Positions 11,512-22,669 of a stretch of 64,000 nucleotides of DNA are shown here, in pieces. How positions within the stretch are numbered: position 1 is the first letter of the stretch; every line of letters starts with the position of its first letter. The position numbers and the translations under genes are program-made. This DNA comes from Nemertoderma westbladi (Eukaryota; Animalia; Xenacoelomorpha), in the NCBI GenBank assembly GCA_032718475.1, contig JAUCBJ010000472.1, forward strand, positions 35,039 to 99,038, given 5' to 3'. The notes under the pieces were generated by a model. That model worked only from the letters and a program-made list of their open reading frames with translations, had not been told where the DNA came from and did not search any database.

Positions 11512-14172
11512 CCTCCACGGTCCGCGTTCACAGGTAACACCTCCTCCACAGTTCACATTCACATGTAACTCCTCCACAGTTCACGTTCACAGGTAACAAA
11601 CACTTCCACAGTTCACGATCACAGCTAACACCTCCACAGTTCACGTTCACATGTAACAAACATCTCCACAGTTCACGTTCACAGGTAACACCTCTACAGT
11701 TCACATTCACATGTAAGTCCTCCAAAGTTCACGTTCACATGTAACACCTCCACAGTTCACGTTCACAGGTAACAAACACCTCCACAGTTCACGTTCACAG
11801 CTAACACCTCCACAGTTCACGTTCATAGGTAACACCACCACAGTTCACGTTCACAGGTAACACCTCCACAGTTCACGTTCATAGGTAACACCACCACAGT
11901 TCACGTTCCCAGGTAACAAACACCACCACAGTTCACGTTCACATGTAACAAACATCTCCACAGTTCACGTTCACAGGTAACACCTCCACAGTTCACGTTC
12001 ACAGGTAACACCTCCACAGTTCACGTTCACAGGTAACACCTCCACAGTTCACGTTCACAGGTAACACCTCCACAGTTCACGTTCATAGGTAACACCACCA
12101 CAGTTCACGTTCACATGTAACAAACATATCCCCAGTTCACGTTCACAGGTAATACCTCCACAGTTCATGTTAACAGTTAACACCTCCACAGTTCACGTTC
12201 ACAGGTAACACCTCCACAGTTCACGTTCACAGGGAACACCTCCACAGTACACGTTCACAGGAAACACCACCACAATTTACGTTCACATGTAACAAACACC
12301 TGCACAGTTCACGTTCACAGGTAACAAACACCTCCACAGTTCACGTTCACAGGTAACACCTCCACAGTTCACGTTCACATGTAACAAACACCTCCACATT
12401 TCAAGTTCGCAGTTAATACCTCCACAGTTCACGTTCACAGATAACAGCCACATAGACACGTTCAAAAGTAACACCTCCAAGGTTAACGTTCACAGGTAAC
12501 ACCTCCACAGTTCACGTTCACAGGTAACACCTCCACAGTTCACGTTCATAGGTAACACCACCACAGTTCACGTTCACATGTAACAAACATATCCCCAGTT
12601 CACGTTCACAGGTAATACCTCCACAGTTCATGTTAACAGTTAACACCTCCACAGTTCACGTTCACAGGTAACACCTCCACAGTTCACGTTCACAGGGAAC
12701 ACCTCCACAGTACACGTTCACAGGAAACACCACCACAATTTACGTTCACATGTAACAAACACCTGCACAGTTCACGTTCACAGGTAACAAACACCTCCAC
12801 AGTTCACGTTCACAGGTAACACCTCCACAGTTCACGTTCACATGTAACAAACACCTCCACATTTCAAGTTCGCAGTTAATACCTCCACAGTTCACGTTCA
12901 CAGATAACAGCCACATAGACACGTTCAAAAGTAACACCTCCAAGGTTAACGTTCACAGGTGACACCTCCACAGTTCACGTTCACAGGTAACACCACCACA
13001 GTTTACGTTCACATGTAAAAAACACCTCCACAGTTCACGTTCACAGGTAACAAACACCTTCACAGTTCACGTTCGCAGGTAACAGCTACATAGTTCACGA
13101 TCACAAGTAACACCTCCACATTTCACGTTTGCAGGTAATACCTCCACAGTTCACGTTTACAGATGACAGCCACATAGACACGTTCAAAAGTAACACCTCT
13201 AAGGTTCACGTTCACAGGTGACACCACCACAGTTTACGTTCACATGTAAAAAACACCTCCACAGTTCACGTTCACAGGTAACAAACACCTCCACAGTTCA
13301 CGTTCACAGGTAACACCTCCACAGTTCACGTTCACATGTAACAAACACCTCCACATTTCAAGTTCGCAGTTAATACCTCCACAGTTCACGTTCACAGATA
13401 ACAGCCACATAGACACGTTCAAAAGTAACACCTCCAAGGTTAACGTTCACAGGTAACACCTCCACAGTTCACGTTCACAGGTAACACCTCCACAGTTCAC
13501 GTTCACAGGGAACACCTCCACAGTACACGTTCACAGGAAACACCACCACAATTTACGTTCACATGTAACAAACACCTGCACAGTTCACGTTCACAGGTAA
13601 CAAACACCTCCACAGTTCACGTTCACAGGTAACACCTCCACAGTTCACGTTCACATGTAACAAACACCTCCACATTTCAAGTTCGCAGTTAATACCTCCA
13701 CAGTTCACGTTCACAGATAACAGCCACATAGACACGTTCAAAAGTAACACCTCCAAGGTTAACGTTCACAGGTGACACCTCCACAGTTCACGTTCACAGG
13801 TAACACCACCACAGTTTACGTTCACATGTAAAAAACACCTCCACAGTTCACGTTCACAGGTAACAAACACCTTCACAGTTCACGTTCGCAGGTAACAGCT
13901 ACATAGTTCACGATCACAAGTAACACCTCCACATTTCACGTTTGCAGGTAATACCTCCACAGTTCACGTTTACAGATGACAGCCACATAGACACGTTCAA
14001 AAGTAACACCTCTAAGGTTCACGTTCACAGGTGACACCACCACAGTTTACGTTCACATGTAAAAAACACCTCCACAGTTCACGTTCACAGGTAACAAACA
14101 CCTCCAAAGTTCACGGTCACAGGTAACACCTCCAGTAGTTCACGTTCACAGATAACACCTCCACAGTTCACA
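11512..14172 (+). repeat. 28/32-bp minisatellite (CCTCCACAGTTCACGTTCACAG|GTAACA[AACA]), roughly 90 units, with higher-order duplications
   Basis: Period 28 seen directly (11981, 12009). Identical variant blocks are offset by 463 bp (12283/12746) and 813 bp (12746/13559; 12961/13774). Confidence 0.95.
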
Positions 14173-14765
14173 TTTGTTCGAGACAAACTTACAGTCTGAT
14201 GAGACAATCTGTACAAATTAAAGGCGCCTCTAGGGGCGTCGGACCGACTTTCTCAGTTCTTCGAGGTCTCTGGCTGCGGGTAAGAACACATTTCATTGGC
14301 TGTTTCTGACGGCAGAGGTGGCTGCTGGGGTCGAAATATTTACAATATTGGTTGGGTCGAGTGGTATAGACGACAGCGCAGTTCGGATTGCCCTTTTAGC
14401 CAAGACATCGAAAGTGTAGACGAGTTGATTGTACTTCGATACATAAGAGCTTGGGAAGCTAGCGCAGATCTTCACTGGAAGTCGCGCCATTGGTATTATA
14501 CAGGACGCACTTACGAAGGAGTGTATGTATTTCACCCCTATCTCTTTCCCCAGGTCGAACAAAAAACTCGTATTCCCAGCTACGAATTAATAAATTCGTG
14601 CGAGTGTATTTCCACCAAATACATCCGAAAATATTTGAGACTTTCACACTGCTATTCTGCACTCAAAACTAAATAGTCGGTCCTGAGACGAACTAAGTAG
14701 CCAGTGGACAGAGTGTGCAAGCACTCTGGGGCTAGTTAGCCAGAGATCTATCTCAGTCCAAGACA

Positions 14766-14945
14766 GTAACGTCTTACCTTCCCAGCAACCGCGAACCCAC
14801 TAAGGCCGGCCTGGGAAGAAAGAAGTGCAATACCATGGAGCAGAGCTCACTTCAAGGCTAGTCAGCCAAACTCAGTCCTTGGCGGTAACGTCTTACCTTC
14901 CCAGCAACCACGAACCCGCTAAGGCTGGCCTGGGAAGAAAGAAGT
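14766..14945. repeat. Two ~60-bp direct repeats 119 bp apart in a GC-richer, probably retroelement-derived segment
   Basis: GTAACGTCTTACCTTCCCAGCAACC.CGAACCC.CTAAGGC.GGCCTGGGAAGAAAGAAGT at 14766 and 14885. Confidence 0.7.
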
Positions 14946-15685
14946 CCAATTAGAGCAGAGCCTAGTTTAGCTGTCGAGGCAGCCAACTATGAAGGCTGGT
15001 TTTTGGGACTCATTTTTTCATCCAAATGTTGCCCCTTTTAAACCCAGTGTGGGGTCAATAAGAAGTTGACCCCTAATTATCACCTAAACACAGTTTGTCA
15101 TTCTTGTGCAGTGATTTTACATTCAACCCATGTAAAATATAATTAATACGTTGTTCTTAGACTGACCAATAACCGATTACTGATGATGAATGGCAATAGA
15201 GTTTGCTGGTTATCAATTATTCCTTTATTAATAACTGGGTGAGACTAATAGGTGGGTGAAGGTTGGCGTACTAAGAGGCCAATGATAGAAAGGAGGGAGG
15301 TTGTGTAGCAACCTCCTTCATTGGATAGCAATGATTTGTAGGGGAGTAGTCAGCAATATTGGTTGGAATTGTGGGTGAGGGTGGTTAAGGATGTTTGGGA
15401 TGGAAATATGTTGTAATATTTGATATTAACGGAATGAAATATTATGGTGGGAAAGGGGGAATCATGACAGACTGTCTTTTTGTATGTTTGCCTACGGAGG
15501 TGCGAAAAATTGATTACAAAGCGTCCTCGGGAGGGAAACCAATCAAGATATTTGCAACCCAATAACAATAATGGTAGATTCGGTTGGCACCGAATCAATT
15601 AAGTAAGGGGAACAATCTCACCATTAAACCATATGGGAAACTTAGGTGCAATATAGTGTTGTTGGTGTTAGTGACCGCTATGGGT

Positions 15686-15944
15686 CATATGTATGAGGCG
15701 CCGTTAACGCTAAAAGGTCAGCAATAATATTAAAGGTTTTAAAAAGAATATTAGAGAATTTCAAACATATTTTCGGCCGAAATTTCGGCCGAAAGTGACA
15801 TCAAATGAAAGAACTGAAAAAATGTAACAAAATATTTCGGCCGAAATTTTGGCCGAAAATATGTTTTGAAATTCTCTAATATTCTTTTTAAAACCTTTAA
15901 TATTATTGCTGACCTTTTGGCGTTAACGGCGCCTCATACATATG
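15686..15944. mobile_element. Foldback MITE with ~105-bp terminal inverted repeats
   Basis: CATATGTATGAGGCGCCGTTAACGC... versus ...GCGTTAACGGCGCCTCATACATATG, near-perfect; GGT on both flanks is a candidate 3-bp TSD. Confidence 0.8.
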
Positions 15945-17356
15945 GGTAAGATTGTGAGTACCTGGCGAATATACCTCCCCGTAGATAATACACCAGGCGA
16001 GTAGCGGCCCACTGATAGTTGGATCTCCAGCCCGATGTGCAGTGCAGCAGCAGTAGCAGCAGCATCAGTCAGCGCAGCATCACTGGTTCACACGCACGAA
16101 TTGTGAGGATGGAGTAGTCCATGGGGTTTGACTGTCTGGCCGAGGGTTGCTGATGCAGTAGTATCGGGGGGGTGTTTGGTTCAAACTCTTACAGCGGGCT
16201 GCTAGGGATCTGGCTATGGGGCTGAGGATGTGAAAATTGCAGAGTGGTTCATTGTATAAAAAATGTATCTATAATATAATCAATCGCTGTCAATAAGCCT
16301 AGAAACTAATGTCCCACATTTACATTTACAAACATAACAAGTATTGGAAATAACAGAAAAGGTGACTTACTGGCATTGAATAATCTGCACAATGAAAAAC
16401 CAGCACGAACTAACAGACCAGAGAGACACGGCTTCCAAAGTTTGTAATTGATTTGATTCTCCAAACTGCTCACGCTGACAAAGAACAACCAGAACTGTCG
16501 AAGCACCATCGAACAACAGAACTGCATTTGAATATAATTCGTGTGTGCGTGCGTGAGTGCATGCGTGAGCGCGTGTGGTAACCAAAATTAAGTGACCACT
16601 ATAACTGTAGGCCTTAGATGGCCAAGACTGATGTACTGCACTGCTAAATAGATGACAGCACAAACCAACAAGCTAGCTACCTACATACTGACAACGTGAA
16701 TTAATGACACATGAGAAATAGAGTGCACTATACTTATAGGGAGCTACTCTGTACAGAGGTCAACCTGTTGTATGAAATGTAACATTAAACTAAGTATAAA
16801 CCCCTGCTATTGGCTCGGCTATTAATTATCGAGTTTGTTAAGCACCGGAACCAAAGCTATGGCTACCTCTAATCAGAGCAAATATAATAGCACAATAATA
16901 TTATGGGCCTAAGATTTCGTTGTTAAGTAGATATCACCAATAAATATAAAGGGAATGCATATTGGTTCGCGAAAAGCTTGTTGGAGAGAGGATGGACAAT
17001 ACAGTGTAATAATGTATAACATACCCATGTAACTATAGAGAAGGCCAGGTTTGGTAGCTGTACATTAATCAGCTGACACAGTCTATTATAACCAACGAAC
17101 AATATACATATCATAGTCTACCGAAACATCAGACCTTTTTACTAACTGTATGAACCATCCATACCTGGCTGGCCGCGTAGTCAACAAGCTCACGTTTACG
17201 ATACAGCGCGGCAACCGCACGACTCGGTATCGCAACAATTCACTCACCCAATCAACGCAGATTAATTTCAGGTCTAACTTGTGACAGCAACAATTTTTAT
17301 ACATAAAATAATATAGGGCTTGCTGCCTCTTGGAAGGCCTGAAGCCAGGACTCCAC

Positions 17357-17597
17357 CGGGTGTAAATGCTACGCTGACACCCGACTACCAACAACCAACG
17401 CCAACAACCACTAGTAAAGCTAATTAATGTTATTCATTAATTGAGGGAAATGAACAGGTTACAGTTGAAGGTTATTCTAACCAAAACAATAAACGAGAGT
17501 CACGATCTCAGGTTACATTTTCATATTTGATGTTGTCTGTTGTCGGCAGTAGTTGTCGGCTGTCGGCTGTCGGTTGTCAGCGTAGCGTTTACACCCG
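17357..17597. mobile_element. Degenerate MITE with inverted termini
   Basis: CGGGTGTAAATGCTACGCTGACA versus TGTCAGCGTAGCGTTTACACCCG; contains a nested copy of the CAGGTTACAG repeat. Confidence 0.6.
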
Positions 17598-18199
17598 ACT
17601 CCACCCATGTTATTTAGGGTGAGATATAAGTTGTGAGAAGCAGTTGGTCGAATAGCAATATAGGCCACCTTTTGCATACCGATCTGCATACGACTGACTG
17701 ACCTGGCGAATAGTTTTCCAACTGCACTGTGAATAGACTTTATCTTGAGTGTTGGCAACAGGAGTACCTAAATGTATAAACCCTTATATAATAATCATTG
17801 CACATATAGATCCACGTTACTGCCTAAACTTGGCTAATGTCAGCATAAAATATATTGTGAATTATTAATTACCATTTACGCATATATCCAATGCATAAAT
17901 GTTTTACATGTTATACTCAAATAATTTTATAACAACATGTGTTGTAGACTTTTATGAAAATAGTTTAGAATAATTGGATATGATAATGCATGATTTATAC
18001 TATACAATATACACGTGAGCTAGTAACATTTAGTGTCATATTATTGTAATTCTGATTAATTTATTAACTAATTAATTAATCCTAACTATTGTCTTATTAT
18101 ACACTATACAGTTAATGAAGTTAGTTAAATATGTAGTTATATAGTTATTATGTAGTTTATATAGTGATATTATATAGATAAAGTCTGAACATATTATAA

Positions 18200-18304
18200 A
18201 TGAATATATTATTGGTACTAGTTGTGGCCAGCCATGCCATTTTGCGAGCTTCTCCAGTTGTATATAAACAGGATGTAACATTACCGATGTATCATCCAAC
18301 ATAC
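18200..18304 (+). CDS. PHM: PHM-like monooxygenase, coding exon 1 (signal peptide)
   Basis: MNILLVLVVASHAILRASPVVYKQDVTLPMYHPTY|gtaagt; hydrophobic leader; DVTLP..HP aligns with PAM DIRMPGVTP; phase 0 matches the next exon. Confidence 0.75.
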
Positions 18305-18374
18305 GTAAGTATGTTGTGTTTGTACCATCAAACATAATCTAGAGTTTACATACTAAAAATTTTAGTCATCGCAG

Positions 18375-18500
18375 AGAGGAATAAAAGAGAAGGGAAGAGA
18401 AGAGAAAAGAAAAGAAAAGAAACGCATAGAAGAGAAGAGCAAATAAGATGATAAAGAGAGCGGGTGACAAATCGAAGAGAAGATACGAGGAGGGAAGAGA
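18375..18500. repeat. Purine-rich low-complexity tract (AGAAA/AGAAG-like)
   Basis: Visible directly in PHM intron 1. Confidence 0.7.
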
Positions 18501-20111
18501 CGCTATTTTTACACGTACGATAATATTTAAGTTTTGACTTGAAAAAAACATGAAGATGAGAGAGAGAATTTGGAACAGTCTCGAAGTAAATCTCAGTATA
18601 AGGAGATGTATTAATTTATTATCGCTTAATTCGAATTATTAATTATTATATACGATAATCGAATAGAACTTTTGAATATCGCGAGTTATCGTTTGTTGAT
18701 ATCGTTTGTTGTTGTTATTGATATCCACCCTCCCCCGCAATTTTTCGAGGGGGGGGGGGGGGGGGGGAAGCGCTCCGAACATAAATGTTTGGTTGTTCAC
18801 CCAGCCACTCCATGGCTGGGTGAACATCAGTTTTCAACTGTCCGAGTTTATAGCATTTATAAAAAGAAACAAGGTTTAGTTCTAAAAATACTGTATTTAA
18901 CATCGGGACGCTTTCACTAAGTATGTTACATTTACTCAGATCATTAGGATAACATCGATTAGAGAATAGACCCTAAATGGATTAAAAATAACTATATTTC
19001 ATATAACATTACTTGTACGCAGCGCTCTAGGTCGAAAATAATTTTATCAATATACCTCGTATTCCCTTTTTTTCTCAATAATAGCAAAAATTGGATCGGC
19101 GGGCATTCGAGACCCTGACACGCCTTGTCGACAAAGACCTCAATTTTACAAAAAGTTGAATAACTCTGCTATTCTTGGGTCTTTTTCGAAATTTTAAAAA
19201 TTGGCGTATTCCTCTAATGGATTTACATCGATTGGCATCGTTACTTTCGCCAATTTATTTTTAATTAACTCTTAATTAGCGCTAATTGCTAATTAGTGCA
19301 TTTTTCTGTAGACTCGGTACTTCTGTCAATATCTAGAGAACTACTTAATACGCGACATCGGGACCGCTTCCGTTGGATAGAGGACCCCCTTCCCTACCAT
19401 ATCGCTTGTACATGTTTTTACTTTATTCGCTTACTTCCCGCCGAAATCGACGAAAACGCGATCGACCAATCAGAAATCTTCGACGGTCCGGTAGACCCCT
19501 AGAATTAAATTTTTTGTATTTTTTTTTATGACTTTTTTTTACTTTCACACTTTTTCGAAATTCCCACTCCTTCTAGTCGCGCCGGGCCGATGTGCCGCTT
19601 TGGCACGCGCCGCTGTCCGTGCGCCACCCTTAAATTCGACTGGCGTGTCTGAAAATGTATCTTCGTTAGGAAATCGTATGCCCCTAAAAAATTACGACTA
19701 ATGTGAAGAATGGTGCGATTTCGCAAAAGACACTTTTTTAAAACGCTTATTTAAAAAATTTAAAGGCGAAATCGAAAATTCCGGCTTCATGGTAACAACC
19801 ACGGTGAGTTGAACTAGTTGTGTTTCAAATTTCAAGCAATATGATAAAGATTTGTAGAAAAGTTTGGGGGGATCCCTTGTCATCAGAAAATGACACTATA
19901 TTACGGGTCATGGTGTAATTTAATTTGTGCAGTTACAATCACTTATAATATATGTACAATCATTTCGTAATGTTAAAATTTTGGAATAAAACTATATACA
20001 CACTTGTTGCAAAGTACTTTACAGTGTTCTGATCCTCGTGTGACTTTATTTGAACATTAAGCACTCGGATCACTACACTATAAAGTGCTACTTTACACAC
20101 AAGTATGTCAT

Positions 20112-20302
20112 TAGTTAGTACCAACCAATAGTAATAGGCGCTGAGCTCTAATATCCACATAGTTAGTACCAACCAATAGTAATAGGCGCTGAGCTCTAAT
20201 ATCCACATAGTTAGTACCATCCAATAGTAATAGGCGCTGAGCTCTAATATCCACATAGTTAGTACCAACCAATAGTAATAGGCGCTGAGCTCTAATATCC
20301 AC
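20112..20302. repeat. 48-bp tandem repeat, 4 copies, in PHM intron 1
   Basis: AGTTAGTACC at 20113, 20161, 20209 and 20257. Confidence 0.95.
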
Positions 20303-20332
20303 ACAAATTTCAATTGGCACTGTATTTTTTAG

Positions 20333-20481
20333 AATGATGAATATGTTTGTTACGAATTCCCAACAAATCCCAACAAAACAGAATATATTATTGGGTTCGA
20401 CCCGGTCTTTAAACCACACCGAGTGCATCATATATTAGTTTGGGCTTGTAAACATCCTGCTAGAGCATATGGAGTTGTTTG
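20333..20481 (+). CDS. PHM: PHM-like exon 2 (CuH ligands HH)
   Basis: ttttttag|NDEYVCYEFPTNPNKTEYIIGFDPVFKPHRVHHILVWACKHPARAYGVV-TG|gttagt; aligns with PAM SDTYFC...FVIDFKP..TVHHMLLFGC. Absent from the supplied ORF track. Confidence 0.92.
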
Positions 20482-20890
20482 GTTAGTTAAAATCATTTGG
20501 TTATTTGTGTACGACCAGGTAAAATAATCTACTATCCGAGGAATCGATATTTCTGATTGGAAAATATATATAAAATAAATTCAGTTACTTATTTTATTAA
20601 TGATAATTTATTATTAAATTTATCACAAATATAAATAAAATTTATATCAAAATATTTGGTTAAAATTGCCATGTATTTCAAACTAAAAGATCATTGCTAC
20701 TATTAGAAATGTGCTTTATTGATGTTATGGTTGATTTATATTTATCTCATAACAGATACATTATAGTATAGTATAATTCTAAATTTTAATTTAGACTACC
20801 GGTATCAATTTATTACCAAATAAATCATCCGTTTTTGAATTGTCAACTTAGATTGTCAGTCATAAAATAATACTTGGCAATATTTTCTAG

Positions 20891-21166
20891 GCATTGCGGT
20901 GGCGATAGAACTGCGTCCCCTCGACCAATCCCCGACCGGACTGACTCGGCTTGTCGGGACTCCAGGAACCACACCTTTGTCTACGACTGGGCGATGGACG
21001 CCCAAGGTGGTGTTGTGTTCCCGAAAGATGTTGGATTAGCGATCGGCGGAGACACCGGGGTCGGTTCTATAATTATACAGGTCCATTATGCAGAGGTCGA
21101 TGAGTTCAGTATGAATCCGAGACTAACCGATGATTCCGGAGTGAAGCTGACTATAACCGATGAGGC
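20891..21166 (+). CDS. PHM: PHM-like exon 3
   Basis: (W)HCGG...VYDWAMDA..VVFPKDVGLAIGGDTGVGSIIIQVHY...DDSGVKL aligns with PAM LYAWARNA..LPKGVGFRVGGETGSKYFVLQVHY..DCSGV; phase 2/2. Confidence 0.93.
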
Positions 21167-21587
21167 GTTAGTTTTATTATCTGAGAGATTAACAACTGGA
21201 ATAAATGAGACACATTGAAATTAATTATCAAAAATAAATAAAAATAGTGAAAAGAAAGAACTAATATCGTTGATTATTGTGGATTTGTTTCAATAATTTG
21301 GGAGGAAAAGACTTTCTATTATTAATTTTGATTCTAGGAAGTCATTCTGTTACAGTTTTATTGATTTCAATATTTTTAATATTAAAGTTTTTTTATTTTT
21401 TTTTAATGTTAATTCTGATAATCTCATGATTTTTTTTATAATACTTGCCTGCACATATTATATTCTGATTTAGAGTTGGTTTATTTTAATGATTTGTATA
21501 GGTCTAAGTCATTCCAAAAATACCTCTCCCTGAATTTATCGGCCTTTTTTTTACTTTATAGTCCATATTATTCCTGTTTTGTTTCAG

Positions 21588-21652
21588 ACCCAAATATATC
21601 GCCAGCATTTACCTCATATTGGGTGGATCACAAGCGAATCCTCATTCAGTTG
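21588..21652 (+). CDS. PHM: PHM-like exon 4
   Basis: gtttcag|A-PKYIASIYLILGGSQANPHSV-G|gtgagt; aligns with PAM PLIAGMYL; phase 2/1. Confidence 0.88.
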
Positions 21653-21778
21653 GTGAGTTTTATTGAGCCACTCAGCAGTTTATATTGTTTAATCTTATTT
21701 GTGTTAATAAAATAATAAATGAACAATTAAAAATTGACTCAGCCGAATTTTACTTCACTAATCTATGTATATTTCCAG

Positions 21779-21913
21779 GAGTGACAGAAATAGTTTGTAA
21801 ATGGCCTGACGACGGCCCAACTGTTTATCCTTTTCAGTACCACGTTCATTCTCATTCTACCGGAGTAGCGATCTCGGGGTACATCGTTAGAAATGGTATT
21901 TGGAATGAAATTG
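21779..21913 (+). CDS. PHM: PHM-like exon 5 (CuM HxH motif)
   Basis: VTEIVCKW...VYPFQYHVHSHSTGVAISGYIVRNGIWNEI aligns with PAM VFAYRVHTHHLGKVVSGYRVRNGQWTLI; phase 1/1. Confidence 0.93.
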
Positions 21914-22041
21914 GTGAGTTTGTAGTTAATCGTGCAAAACGACCGCAAGCACCAAATGTGTGTTTAGTTGTTTAAAAACCTAATTTAATTTAATTTAAAC
22001 ATTAAGGGGAAAGAGCAGGTTACAGTGGCGGTGCTGTTTAA

Positions 22042-22168
22042 GGGTCAGGCCACACATTAGCTCTCAACTTTCAACTTTAATATAAATAAGTTTATGTATG
22101 TGTGAAGGTTCCCATAGGCTACAAATGTGTTCAATCTTTAAGTTGAAAGCTGATGTGTGACCTGGGCC
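22042..22168. mobile_element. Small PIF/Harbinger-like MITE nested in a dispersed-repeat copy
   Basis: GGGTCAGGCCACACATTAGC versus GCTGATGTGTGACCTGGGCC, TAA on both sides. Removing it restores CAGGTTACAGTGGC...TAACCAAAACAA. Confidence 0.65.
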
Positions 22169-22539
22169 TAACCAAAACAACATGCGACCAATTTGCGCTG
22201 GAGATGACTTTTATCATTGTGGTTAATGTGCGCCACTATGTGCCGCACTATGTGCACCACAATGTGAGCCACAATCGCACAAAGTATGCCACTATCTGAA
22301 GTTTGCAGGTAATATGAACCACGCTGCCATCATAACTAAAAGTACAGGATATTTTTTGATGGGTTCCGGTAAGTCGAAAAATTTAATGATTATTTAAAGA
22401 AAGTAAATGTATAAAGGTGACATTAAATGAAAGTAAAGTCATGCAATTTGATATATTCAACAAAATGTGCCTTGCTAAAAAAATCTTTGAAGCCCTTAGA
22501 TTCTGTACGATGTTTGAATTAAATGTTAACCAATTTCAG

Positions 22540-22669
22540 GGAAGAAAAGCCCAAAATTGCCGCAAAGATTTTATCCGACCACAACTAAAGGACTTTCTAT
22601 TAGACCAGGAGATTACATCGCGGGGAGGTGTACCTACTACAACAACCGGAATGAACGAGTAGTAAATGG
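22540..22669 (+). CDS. PHM: PHM-like exon 6; gene continues beyond the window
   Basis: atttcag|GG-KKSPKLPQRFYPTTTKGLSIRPGDYIAGRCTYYNNRNERVVN-GG|gtaggt; aligns with PAM GRQNPQLPQAFYP...GDILAARCVFTGEGRTEATHIG. The EMCN (Met ligand) exon is not in the window. Confidence 0.92.

Noticed and set aside
11528-13756. Cys-rich ORFs (VNVNCGGVTCERELWRCLL)
   Set aside because: Translations of the 28/32-bp minisatellite with frequent stops.
14195-14225. Possible hammerhead ribozyme (CTGATGAG plus short stem)
   Set aside because: The required GAAA after stem II is absent (reads ACAAA) and no convincing stems I/III were found.
18900-19900. GC-richer block in PHM intron 1, probably a DNA-transposon relic
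   Set aside because: No TIRs, TSD or coding motif could be established by eye.
19960-20431. Minus-strand ORFs with repeated WILELSAYYYW / VDIRAQRLLLL
   Set aside because: Products of the 48-bp repeat, antisense to PHM exon 2.
22417-22662. Supplied 81-aa ORF MTLNESK...
   Set aside because: Wrong frame; the PHM-homologous frame is a different one, entered by splicing at 22540.
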